Positions 1 through 8,720 of a stretch of DNA of 64,000 nt are shown here, piece by piece. Each line of letters starts with the position of its first letter. Position 1 is the first letter of the stretch. Below the pieces are notes generated by a model, which ran no database searches, was not told the origin of the DNA, and saw only the letters and a list, made by a program, of their open reading frames with translations. The stretch is from Candidatus Adlerbacteria bacterium (lineage in GTDB: Bacteria > Patescibacteriota > Minisyncoccia > Phycocordibacterales > SBAW01): positions 12,898 through 76,897 of the forward strand of contig JAQBRA010000004.1 of the NCBI GenBank assembly GCA_028286685.1, in the 5' to 3' direction. Both the position numbers and the translations under genes were made by a program.

Positions 1-1
1 C

Positions 2-1003
2 TGGGATGATGAAAAAGTCGACAGCTGGTTTAAGACATCGCTTAAGACGGGGACCGAGCTGGGTTTGGGCTTTACGCACGAAGAGCCCATTACGGCGCTC
101 ATGCGCGACCATATTTCTTCGTACAAGGATTTGCCGGCTTATCCGTACCAATTCCAGACCAAGTTCCGCAACGAGACCCGCGCCAAGTCGGGCCTGATGC
201 GCACGCGCGAGTTCGTCATGAAGGACCTATACTCTTTTTCCAAAAACGAGGCCGAGCATCAGAAATTTTACGATGCCTGCGCTGATGCGTACGAGCGCGT
301 TTTTGAGCGCGTAGGACTGGGAGATAAAACATATAAGACCTTCGCTTCGGGAGGCTCATTCAGCAAGTACAGTCACGAGTTCCAAACTATCTCGGCCGCC
401 GGAGAGGATACTATTTACGTGTCCCGCGACCGCAAAATTGCAGTTAATAAAGAGGTGTACAACGACGAAGTGCTCGCCGACTTGGGCCTTTCCAAATCGG
501 ACTTGGCCGAGGAAACTTCTATCGAGGTGGGAAATATCTTTGGTCTCGGCACCCGCTTCTCCGAGGCCCTCGGCCTGGCTTATAAGGACGACAGCGGCAG
601 CGATATCCCCGTGTTTATGGGCTCCTACGGCATCGGGCCTGCGCGCCTCATGGCTACCGTGGCCGAACTTTTGAGCGACGACAAGGGCCTGGTGTGGCCC
701 GAGGAGGTGGCGCCTTTCCGCGTCCATCTCGTGTCGCTTGCTAACGGCAACGACGATGTGGTTACTGAGGCCGACGAGCTCTACCGCGAGCTCACCGAGG
801 CCGGGGTCGAGGTGCTGTATGACGATCGCGACGCGCGGGCAGGGGAGAAGTTTGCCGACTCGGACCTCTTGGGCCTGCCGCTGCGCTTGGTCGTATCGGA
901 AAAGACCCTGGCTGCGGGCAAGTTCGAGTGCGTCGAGCGCGCCTCCGGCACGACGCAGCACAAGAGCCTGTCGGAGCTGATCGGCATGCTCACTACCCGC
1001 TAG
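2..1003 (-). other. antisense shadow of proS; not a separate feature (see next entry for the real gene on +)
   Basis: Antisense ORFs such as 356..961 lie wholly within proS and carry no recognisable motifs. Confidence 0.05.
2..1003 (+). CDS. proS: Proline--tRNA ligase, short form without editing domain (5' truncated by window edge)
   Basis: THEE, motif 2 QFQTKFRNETRAKSGLMRTREFVMKDLYSF, EVGNIFGLGT, MGSYGIG, C-terminal anticodon-binding domain (DDRDARAGEKFADSDLLG); frame is open back to base 2. Confidence 0.95.
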   Translation, partial: WDDEKVDSWFKTSLKTGTELGLGFTHEEPITALMRDHISSYKDLPAYPYQFQTKFRNETRAKSGLMRTREFVMKDLYSFSKNEAEHQKFYDACADAYERVFERVGLGDKTYKTFASGGSFSKYSHEFQTISAAGEDTIYVSRDRKIAVNKEVYNDEVLADLGLSKSDLAEETSIEVGNIFGLGTRFSEALGLAYKDDSGSDIPVFMGSYGIGPARLMATVAELLSDDKGLVWPEEVAPFRVHLVSLANGNDDVVTEADELYRELTEAGVEVLYDDRDARAGEKFADSDLLGLPLRLVVSEKTLAAGKFECVERASGTTQHKSLSELIGMLTTR

Positions 1004-1028
1004 CTGTACCGGTCCTCACAATTTTCTA

Positions 1029-2084
1029 ATGGCCAACTACTTCCAAAACCGGATACTGCCCCTCTTCTCTAACGATGTCGGTATCGACCTGGGCACCGCC
1101 AACACTTTGGTGTACCTGCGCGGCAAGGGCATTGTCGTAACCGAGCCGTCGGTCGTTGCGGTCAATCAGAAAACGGGCCAGGTCGTCGCCGTGGGCACCG
1201 CCGCCAAGCAGATGCTCGGCCGCACGCCGGGCCACCTGGTCGCGGTACGCCCGCTGGTCGAGGGCGTAGTATCGGACTACGAGGCGACCGAGGAGATGCT
1301 TAGCTATCTCATGAGCCGCGCGCAGGGAGTGAGCAAGAAAATGCTCGGACCCCGCGCGGTCCTGGGCGTGCCCTCGGGCATTACCAATGTCGAGGTGCGC
1401 GCGGTCATAGACGCGGCTCGCGGCGCGGGCGCGCGCGAGGTGCATATAGTGGAAGAGCCGGTCGCGGCGGCGCTCGGCATCCGCATGCCCATACGCGAGG
1501 CGATGGGCTCGATGCTCGTTGATATCGGCGGCGGCAACACCGACATTGCGGTTATGTCCCTCGGCGGCATCGTCCGCTCCAAAAACCTGCGCATCGCCGG
1601 CGACAAGCTCAACCAGGACATTATTTCCTACGTGCGCAGTGAGTTTAAGATTTTAATAGGGGAGAAGACCGCCGAGGGGGTCAAGATGGCGATAGGATCG
1701 GTCGTGGAGGGCGACGGCAGCCTCCAGGCCGTGGTGCGGGGGCGCGACCTTATTACGGGGCTCCCGCGCGAGATCGTGATTACCGACTCGGACCTGCGCG
1801 AGGCCATATCGCAGTCCATCGATACGCTCATTGAGGCGGTACGCGAGGTGCTCGAAACGACGCCGCCCGAAATTCTTTCAGATATCATGCGCTCGGGCAT
1901 TGTTTTGGTCGGCGGCGGCGCGCAGCTGCGCGGGCTCGATACGCTCCTGACCCAATGGCTCAAGGTTCCGGTCATGGTAGCCGATGATCCCTTAACTGCA
2001 GTGGCGCGCGGCACCGGCGTCATTTTGGAAAATCTCGACCTGCACCGCGACCTCTTGATTGAAAACGATGGCGATATCTCCTAG
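1029..2084 (+). CDS. mreB: Rod shape-determining actin MreB
   Basis: GIDLGTANTLV, EPSVVA, VDIGGGNTD, VLVGGGAQL, DPLTAVARG. Confidence 0.97.
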   Translation: MANYFQNRILPLFSNDVGIDLGTANTLVYLRGKGIVVTEPSVVAVNQKTGQVVAVGTAAKQMLGRTPGHLVAVRPLVEGVVSDYEATEEMLSYLMSRAQGVSKKMLGPRAVLGVPSGITNVEVRAVIDAARGAGAREVHIVEEPVAAALGIRMPIREAMGSMLVDIGGGNTDIAVMSLGGIVRSKNLRIAGDKLNQDIISYVRSEFKILIGEKTAEGVKMAIGSVVEGDGSLQAVVRGRDLITGLPREIVITDSDLREAISQSIDTLIEAVREVLETTPPEILSDIMRSGIVLVGGGAQLRGLDTLLTQWLKVPVMVADDPLTAVARGTGVILENLDLHRDLLIENDGDIS

Positions 2085-2829
2085 CCCTTTTGACCGGATA
2101 CAGAAGTCCCGGCGGGCCTCGCGCTCCTGGCTGTGGTGGGTGCTGCCCGCCGCACTCCTTATCGGCCTTGCGCTGGCATTTAAAGGACCTGCGGCCGAGC
2201 TTTTCTGGCGCTTGCTGGAGCCCGTCGTGCGTGCGCGTGAGTCATTGCAGTATTCCGAAGCGGTAGCCTTGCGTGCAGAGCTTGCGGCAGCGCAGGCGCG
2301 CCTTATTGACCGCGACGCTTTGTATAAGGAAAATCTCGATCTTAAGGGGCGCTTGGGCCGCAACGACACGCAAACGCCGCGCGTCTTGGCCGGCGTCTTG
2401 CAGCGCTCGCCGTGGGTGCCATACGACACGCTCCTAATCGACGCCGGTGCCGCGCAGGGCGTCGCGGTAGGGGACTGGGTGTCGGCCGGAGGCCAGTCGC
2501 TTATCGGCCGCGTGGCCGAAGTGCAGGCAAGTACCGCGCGTGTCGAGCTCTTTTCCGCACCCGGCCAAGTCCATCAGGCTATGCTTGGCGGCACGAGCAC
2601 GCAGCCGGTGGCAGTTGAAGGCCAGGGCGGCGGCTCGCTGCAGGCGTCGGTGCCCGCAGGTACCGAAGTGTCGGTCGGAGACCCGATTATTTTCCCGGGG
2701 CTCGGCGGCGGCATCACGGCGCTCGTCTCTGCAGTCGACGCGCGGCCTGGAGAGTCGTTTATAGTTATATACATGCGCCTGCCCGCCGATCCCTTCGCGC
2801 TCTTATACGTTGAAGTGCTCAAGCCATGA
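2068..2829 (+). CDS. mreC: Rod shape-determining protein MreC
   Basis: N-terminal TM helix, coiled coil ending ENLDLK, IDAGAAQGV..G..V..LIGRV; follows mreB. Confidence 0.85.
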   Translation: MAISPSPFDRIQKSRRASRSWLWWVLPAALLIGLALAFKGPAAELFWRLLEPVVRARESLQYSEAVALRAELAAAQARLIDRDALYKENLDLKGRLGRNDTQTPRVLAGVLQRSPWVPYDTLLIDAGAAQGVAVGDWVSAGGQSLIGRVAEVQASTARVELFSAPGQVHQAMLGGTSTQPVAVEGQGGGSLQASVPAGTEVSVGDPIIFPGLGGGITALVSAVDARPGESFIVIYMRLPADPFALLYVEVLKP

Positions 2830-3116
2830 CCCTTGCCAGCCGCTACATCTACGCCATTACGTTTGCTATAGCCGCGACCGGCTTCCTTTTGCCGTTCTGG
2901 CCTTTGTGCGTTGTCGGCGTGCTTATAGCGGCGCTTTCAGGCCGCTATATTTTCGCCGTTGTTGTAGCGCTTCTTATCGATTTGGGACTGGGCATGCCGA
3001 CGGGCGTATTGCACTACCTCGTCCTGCCATTTACCGTGCTCGCGGTTATAGCGGCGCTTGCGCGCATTTTCGGCGCCGCTTACTTCTTGGACAAGACGCC
3101 CCTCGATAGGCTTTAA
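2826..3116 (+). CDS. Small hydrophobic membrane protein in the MreD position
   Basis: 96 aa, nearly all hydrophobic, overlaps the mreC stop, lies between mreC and mrdA. Confidence 0.55.
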   Translation: MTLASRYIYAITFAIAATGFLLPFWPLCVVGVLIAALSGRYIFAVVVALLIDLGLGMPTGVLHYLVLPFTVLAVIAALARIFGAAYFLDKTPLDRL

Positions 3117-3123
3117 TAGGTGG

Positions 3124-4806
3124 ATGCTCCGCTGGTGGTTTAGGAAAGGCAAGATACGCTCGGAAATACATCCGGACGAAATTTTAATAGACTCCCAAAA
3201 CGTCTCGGACCTGGACCGCGACCAGTTCGAGGGCCGCATCGAGCGGCCGCTTTCCCGCCGGCAGCTGGTGGGCGCAGGGAGCGTCGTGGCCGTGGCAGTG
3301 CTGCTTCTGCTGGTGCGCGCCGGCAGCCTCCAAGTAGTGCATGGGCAGACGTATGCCGAGCAGGCCAAGAACAACCAGCTGACCGAGGAGACTATCTTTG
3401 CTGATCGCGGCACGATCGTCGACCGCAACGGCATCCCCTTGGCCTGGAACGAGCGCGACGAAATAGGCGATGATTTCGCCCGCCGGGCGTATGCCTCCAT
3501 GCGCGGGCTCGCCCATGCGGTGGGCTATACCAAGGCGCCTGCCAAGGACTCTTCCGGCAATTACTTCCGCACCGAGTTCGAGGGGCTCGACGGCGTCGAG
3601 AAGGCGTACAACGCAGAGCTAGGCGGCCAAAACGGGCTGCGCCTCACCGAGACAGACGCGCTTGGGAACGTTGTCTCGGAGGCGACGACGCGCGCGCCGG
3701 CGGCCGGCGCAGAGCTGCGGCTTTCTATCGATGCCAAGGTAACGCAGGGGCTCTACGACGTGCTGGCTAAGAACGCGGGCGCAGCGGGCTTCCAGGGCGC
3801 GGCGGGCGTCATTATGGATGTGCGCACCGGCGAGCTCTTGGCGCTTACCAGTTATCCCGAATACTCGCAGACCGCCATGGTCGAGGGCGACCGGGATTTG
3901 ATAGCCTCTTACAACACCGACAAGCGCCAGCCGTTCCTGGATCGCGCCGTAGACGGGCTCTATGCGCCGGGCTCTATCGTCAAGCCCATCATGGCTGCGG
4001 GCGCTATTTCCGACGGCATCATAGACGAATACAAGCAAATACTTTCAACGGGCTCCATTTCCATACCCAACCAGTACGATCCCAAAAATCCCACCCTATT
4101 CCGCGACTGGCGCGTCAACGGCTGGACCGACGCGCGCCACGCCATTGCGGTTTCCTCCGACGTGTACTTTTACTCCGTGGGCGGCGGCTACCAGGACCAG
4201 CGCGGCATGGGCATTGCCACTATCGACAAGTGGCTGCAGGCCTTCGGGTATGGGCAGGATGCGGGGCTCAAGGGCTTCTCCTCCAAGACCGGCACTATTC
4301 CGACTATCGACTGGAAAGCCAAGACTTTCCCGGACGATCCGACGTGGCGCCTCGGCAACACGTATCACACGGCGATAGGGCAGTTCGGCACGCAGGTCAC
4401 GCCGCTGCAGGCGGTGCGTACCGCAGTCGCCCTGGCCAACAGCGGCACGCTGCTCACGCCGACGCTTATAGCAAGCTCGACCCCGCAAGGCCAAAAGATC
4501 GACATCGACCCGCACGCTCTCCAGGTCGCCCGCGAAGGCATGCGCCTCGGCGTTACCGAGGGCATCGCCACAGGCGTCAAGCTCCCGTATGTCTCTGTTG
4601 CAGCCAAGACCGGCACTGCGCAGATCGGCATGAAGAACGAATACTGGAACGCCTGGATGATAGGCTTCTGGCCATACGAGAACCCCAAGTACGCCTTCGT
4701 AATGATCCTCGATCGGGCTCCCGCGCACACCTCGACCGGCGGAAACGTGGTCATGGCGCAGTTCTTCTCCTGGATGCACGAAAACGCGCCCGAATATCTG
4801 CAATAA
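3124..4806 (+). CDS. mrdA: Penicillin-binding protein 2 (class B transpeptidase)
   Basis: TM anchor, RGTIVDRNG, GxxGVE, SxxK (PGSIVK), SSDVYFY, KTG triad (AAKTGTAQ); in the mre operon. Confidence 0.9.
   Translation: MLRWWFRKGKIRSEIHPDEILIDSQNVSDLDRDQFEGRIERPLSRRQLVGAGSVVAVAVLLLLVRAGSLQVVHGQTYAEQAKNNQLTEETIFADRGTIVDRNGIPLAWNERDEIGDDFARRAYASMRGLAHAVGYTKAPAKDSSGNYFRTEFEGLDGVEKAYNAELGGQNGLRLTETDALGNVVSEATTRAPAAGAELRLSIDAKVTQGLYDVLAKNAGAAGFQGAAGVIMDVRTGELLALTSYPEYSQTAMVEGDRDLIASYNTDKRQPFLDRAVDGLYAPGSIVKPIMAAGAISDGIIDEYKQILSTGSISIPNQYDPKNPTLFRDWRVNGWTDARHAIAVSSDVYFYSVGGGYQDQRGMGIATIDKWLQAFGYGQDAGLKGFSSKTGTIPTIDWKAKTFPDDPTWRLGNTYHTAIGQFGTQVTPLQAVRTAVALANSGTLLTPTLIASSTPQGQKIDIDPHALQVAREGMRLGVTEGIATGVKLPYVSVAAKTGTAQIGMKNEYWNAWMIGFWPYENPKYAFVMILDRAPAHTSTGGNVVMAQFFSWMHENAPEYLQ
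4770..4806 (+). repeat. Left copy of a 37-bp direct repeat (3' end of mrdA)
   Basis: ctggatgcacgaaaacgcgcccgaatatctgcaataa matches 6723-6759 at 36 of 37 positions. Confidence 0.9.
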
Positions 4807-4876
4807 TTCTGTATACGACTTGGTGGCACTTTTTACAAAAAACCCGCCGAGTCGAAACTCAGCGGGTCAGGAATTT

Positions 4877-5548
4877 TTAAGTTCTAGATTCTCCGGATAG
4901 TCGGGTGATGGGGAGACCGTGCTGCCGGAGCGGCTTATTCAGGCTGTATGTCCCATCTATCTCCATCGTCAATATTCGGTATTCGCAGTTATCGAGATTA
5001 GCGAATGACTCGAACAGCTCTTCATTCCAGTCTAGGATTATTTTGAGCAGTACTCGGAACTCGAAGCCGTGCGAGAGAACAACAATATTGCATCCGGTAT
5101 CCCGTTGTATCTTGAATATCTTCTCCTTAAACTTTTCTAGCCTTTCGATCAGTTGTGCTGCACTCTCGCCGGTTGGAAAAGTGTAGCGCAGTACTCCGAC
5201 TTTATAGCGTTCAGCTTCGATCCCTGGGCGGTTCTCGGCAGTGATATGCCCCCAATCCTGCTTTACAATGAGGGGCTCGATTTCCACATTTGCATTAATG
5301 TGGTCGGGAAGCAGCGGAAGCACTATTTTGAGCGTTTGCACATTCCTGACGCCTGGAGACGTATAGAATCGGGTATCAGGGTTGCCGTTGAGAAGCTGGG
5401 CAAGTAAAGCCCCCAAGTTATGGGCCTGCTCGCGGCCTCTTTCGGTCAGTGGAATCTCAAGATCGCTCAAGACGTCGTAGACCCTATTGTCGACATCTTC
5501 CAACGACTCGGCATGCCGACAGATGATAATCCTAGGATTTCTTTCCAT
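4877..5548 (-). CDS. Histidine phosphatase (phosphoglycerate mutase-like) family protein
   Basis: IIICRHAES, IPLTERGREQA, YTSP..RNVQT, GES, VLSHG. Confidence 0.85.
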   Translation of the reverse strand: MERNPRIIICRHAESLEDVDNRVYDVLSDLEIPLTERGREQAHNLGALLAQLLNGNPDTRFYTSPGVRNVQTLKIVLPLLPDHINANVEIEPLIVKQDWGHITAENRPGIEAERYKVGVLRYTFPTGESAAQLIERLEKFKEKIFKIQRDTGCNIVVLSHGFEFRVLLKIILDWNEELFESFANLDNCEYRILTMEIDGTYSLNKPLRQHGLPITRLSGESRT

Positions 5549-5599
5549 GATGCGACCTTTCAGTGGTTTGGGGAGATATTTCAAGGTACACTCATTCTC

Positions 5600-6136
5600 A
5601 TGAGTGCCGTTTTACTGACCCTGTCTGATAAGGACATCTTCCCAAACACGCCGGATACGACCGGTACTGACTGGAAGGACCGTCCGACCGGCAAGGTTGT
5701 TCTCTTTAATGATAAGAACGAAATTGTCTTAGTAAGCAATAAGATTACTAATCTTTTTCTGCTACCCGGCGGCGGTATAGAGGAAGGCGAGGATATCGTA
5801 GAGGGCACAAAGCGCGAGTGCCGCGAAGAGACTGGTCACGAGATTGAGATCATCCACGAACTCGGTGTGACGGAAGACTACCGAGTCAGAGACAGTCGCC
5901 ATTGCATCAGCTATTGTTTCGCAGCAAAAGCACTTTCGCAGGGCCCGATCGCTCTCACTAAAGACGAAAGCGACATAGGTTTTTTTATGCAGTGGTTCTC
6001 CTTGGAAGACGCGGCGAAGCTGCTCGCCTCCCAAGAAGAGAAAGTTAGGCGGGGCGAAGTTGAGTTCTATAATACCTGCTTCAACATTGTCAGGGACTCA
6101 TTTTTTATCCGCCGCGCCCAGAAGCTACTCGCTTAA
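5600..6136 (+). CDS. NUDIX hydrolase
   Basis: Nudix box LPGGGIEEGEDIVEGTKRECREETG. Confidence 0.9.
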   Translation: MSAVLLTLSDKDIFPNTPDTTGTDWKDRPTGKVVLFNDKNEIVLVSNKITNLFLLPGGGIEEGEDIVEGTKRECREETGHEIEIIHELGVTEDYRVRDSRHCISYCFAAKALSQGPIALTKDESDIGFFMQWFSLEDAAKLLASQEEKVRRGEVEFYNTCFNIVRDSFFIRRAQKLLA

Positions 6137-6138
6137 CA

Positions 6139-6621
6139 CTAGCCTCCCTTGATTTTTCTGATAATCGAGCCCGTTGAGATTTCTTCTTCAGTATAACGGG
6201 GCAGTATTTGTATCTTTGTATCGGGCGAACTGGCTCTTACTTGTGCGAGTCTTTGCTGGAATCGGACCTCGTCCCCGGAGTTTTCCCCAAATACGATACT
6301 GCCCGGCTTCAATAATGAGAGCACGCGCGGACTGTTTGGGCTTACGCCTGCCAAATACACATAGTCGACACATCGCAGGGCTGCCACCATTGCGGCCCTT
6401 TGCCACTGGTTGATTATCGGACGGCTCGAATTCTTGTAGCCTCGTACATAGTTGTCCGAGAGCACCGCGACGACAAGCAGATTCTCGAGCGTAGCGGCAT
6501 ATTCGAGCAAGTGCAAATGGCCGACATGGATAAGATCGAATACCCCTCCCACCAGGCAAAAACTTTTACCGGGCGGCAGTAATTTCCTAAGGGCATGAGC
6601 GCTTCGAGGGACGCTTTTCAT
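6139..6621 (-). CDS. Cytidylyltransferase-like nucleotidyltransferase (TagD/RfaE-C family)
   Basis: GGVFDLIHVGH (HxGH), SD...K..RPI, ISTGSII. Confidence 0.85.
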   Translation of the reverse strand: MKSVPRSAHALRKLLPPGKSFCLVGGVFDLIHVGHLHLLEYAATLENLLVVAVLSDNYVRGYKNSSRPIINQWQRAAMVAALRCVDYVYLAGVSPNSPRVLSLLKPGSIVFGENSGDEVRFQQRLAQVRASSPDTKIQILPRYTEEEISTGSIIRKIKGG

Positions 6622-6722
6622 GGTTGTTCCTTCTATTGTAGAGGTACAGGTTGAGAGGAATCTCAGCTGGGATGCATAATGGTATATTATTTGCATATGG
6701 TCAAATTCGTTTTTAAGAACGA

Positions 6723-6759
6723 CTGGATGCACGAAAATGCGCCCGAATATCTGCAATAA
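6723..6759 (+). repeat. Right copy of the 37-bp direct repeat of the mrdA 3' end
   Basis: ctggatgcacgaaaatgcgcccgaatatctgcaataa, one synonymous C>T change versus 4770-4806. Confidence 0.9.
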
Positions 6760-6860
6760 GGCCTTTTCCGGCCCTTGTCCCGCTTGACTTGGGGCCCAAT
6801 TCGGCTAAACTAGTCTATCGAAGAAGCAGCTAACCCCCGCAAGGGGAATTTTAAATCCAC

Positions 6861-7319
6861 ATGGAAGAAATGATGTCCCAGGAGAAGTTCGAGGAGCTCA
6901 CGATAGAGCTTGAGAGCCTGCGCACGACCCGCCGCAAGGAGGTAGCCGAGCAGCTTGAGTACGCCCGCAGCCTGGGCGACCTCTCCGAAAACGCCGAGTA
7001 CCAGGAGGCGCGCGAAATGCAGTCCGCAGTAGAGGAGCGCATCGGCAAGCTCGAGAGCATCCTGAAGTCCGCCAAGATCGTCAAGGGCGGCAAGGGTGAC
7101 GGCGTGGGCATGGGCTCGACCGTTACCGTGCAGAAAATCGGCGGCGAAGACAAGCACACCTACACCATCGTCGGCGCCGAGGAAGCCGATATCATCAAGG
7201 GCAAGGTTTCCTACCACTCTCCGCTGGGCGCAGCGCTCCTCAATAAGAAAAAGGCGGACGAGTTCTCCTTCTCGACCCCGCGCGGCGTGCAGAAGTACAA
7301 AATACTTAAAATAGATTAA
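6861..7319 (+). CDS. greA: Transcription elongation factor GreA
   Basis: ARSLGDLSENAEY, SPLGAALL. Confidence 0.95.
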   Translation: MEEMMSQEKFEELTIELESLRTTRRKEVAEQLEYARSLGDLSENAEYQEAREMQSAVEERIGKLESILKSAKIVKGGKGDGVGMGSTVTVQKIGGEDKHTYTIVGAEEADIIKGKVSYHSPLGAALLNKKKADEFSFSTPRGVQKYKILKID

Positions 7320-7331
7320 GCAGTAGATAGA

Positions 7332-7362
7332 AAAATCCCCGGACATACAGTCCGGGGATTTT
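7332..7362. terminator. Bidirectional intrinsic terminator between greA and the omp gene
   Basis: aaaatccccggac-ataca-gtccggggatttt perfect hairpin between convergent genes. Confidence 0.85.
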
Positions 7363-7386
7363 CGATTCCGCCAGCAGAGGAGCTGG

Positions 7387-8109
7387 CTAGAACCGAAAGT
7401 TGAGGCCTGCGCGAACGATATTTTCGCGCAGTTTGGTCGAGTAGTCGGCAGAATTGCCGCGACTGTCGGTCATGCTGCTTGAGCCGCCATTGAGATCGAT
7501 GTGTAGATATTCAATCTTGGCCGACCAGTCGTTGCCTATTGCCCATTCCACCCCGGCACCGAACGCCGGGCCGAAAGCCATGTGCTTTTCAGTCGTTGTC
7601 GACTGGTAGCCGCCGACCGAGAACCGATCGGTCACGGTCAGGCCTCCGTAGGCTATGCCGGCGGTGATGTAGGGCAGAAAGGAGCCCATGCTGTAGCCGA
7701 GACGTCCGCGGGTAGTGCCAAACCAGTGGGCCTCGGTATCGATATCGCTGGTCGCGGTAAAGATGCAGCCGGCGCATCGGTCGATCGAGCTGTTGCCCGA
7801 GAAGCCGGCCCAATTGAGATCGGTCTCGAAGCCCCATACGATGTTGCCCCGCATCCAGTTGGCGCCGGCTGTGATGCCGACCAGCGGCCCGTTGGTGCTG
7901 ATCGAATCGAGATCGAATCCTGTGGCCGTCTGCTTAGTATTGCCGAAGCCGTATCCGGCTGTGGCACCGATGTAGAAGCCTTCCCAGCGATCCCTGAAAG
8001 CCGCCGGTGCCGGCGATTTATACCCGGGTCCCACATCAGCCGCCTGAGCGGCCGAGAAGGGCAAACTACTTAAGGCCAGTGTGGCCAGAGCCAAAAAGCG
8101 AGTACGCAT
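7387..8109 (-). CDS. Outer-membrane beta-barrel protein, alphaproteobacterial Omp25/Omp31/RopB-like
   Basis: Signal peptide ending AQA-AD, Pro-rich linker, WEGFYIGATAGYGFG, GTTRGRLGY, PYITAGIAYG, GAGVEWA..WSAKIEYL, C-terminal VRAGLNFRF (terminal Phe beta-signal). Confidence 0.9.
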   Translation of the reverse strand: MRTRFLALATLALSSLPFSAAQAADVGPGYKSPAPAAFRDRWEGFYIGATAGYGFGNTKQTATGFDLDSISTNGPLVGITAGANWMRGNIVWGFETDLNWAGFSGNSSIDRCAGCIFTATSDIDTEAHWFGTTRGRLGYSMGSFLPYITAGIAYGGLTVTDRFSVGGYQSTTTEKHMAFGPAFGAGVEWAIGNDWSAKIEYLHIDLNGGSSSMTDSRGNSADYSTKLRENIVRAGLNFRF

Positions 8110-8181
8110 CGAAAACCTCGTTGTTTGCGTGTGAGTCCGCGCCGCTCAGAATGAGCAAACGGGAGGACTGTGTCCTTCATG

Positions 8182-8210
8182 AATGTAATACGTTATTGAA
8201 GATTTGTCAA
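8182..8210 (-). promoter_or_regulatory. sigma70-type promoter of the omp gene
   Basis: TTGACA-N17-TACATT on the minus strand; GAGG Shine-Dalgarno before the ATG at 8109. Confidence 0.65.
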
Positions 8211-8259
8211 GAAAAAAGAAAACCCCAAGCCTAAGCCTGGGGTCCGGAGCGCGTCGCGC

Positions 8260-8529
8260 TCAATGTTCTGGGTAGTCTTCCGGAATGATTCCGTCCGGGA
8301 AGAAGAATTCGACCTGCTGGTTGTTCTTCACGGCGATGAACTTGAGGTTGCCGAGGCAGGTTGCCTCGCCATTCTCGATCGCCAGCAGCAAAGATTCCTT
8401 GCTGCAGCATTTTCGAGCGAAGTCGCTCAGCAGCGACGTTCCGCGCAGTTTCTTGAGCATCTTGCCGACGTGCGTGTGCACGCTGGTTTTCGTTGCGGAT
8501 TTCGTTGCCGCTTCTGCTTGAGCTACCAT
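8260..8529 (-). CDS. Small degenerate XRE-like helix-turn-helix protein
   Basis: HVGKMLKKLR...AIENGE...VEFFF pattern resembles the HVGxRIRxRR...YEKG...VSFFF XRE family; upstream TTGACG-N16-TACCAT. Confidence 0.5.
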   Translation of the reverse strand: MVAQAEAATKSATKTSVHTHVGKMLKKLRGTSLLSDFARKCCSKESLLLAIENGEATCLGNLKFIAVKNNQQVEFFFPDGIIPEDYPEH

Positions 8530-8720
8530 TTCTTTTCGTCCTGTTATCGCCTGCACCCCGCAGGCTAGGTTTGTTCTACTAGGACGCCTGTTTACTCAAC
8601 TTAACGCAACCCTTTACACGACGGTTATACCCGCTCTGATAAAATGGTACCAGTTTATGCAAATCCGTCAAGTCCCCGTCTGAAGTATTAAAAGCCCCTA
8701 AATAACGCTATAGTAGGGCT

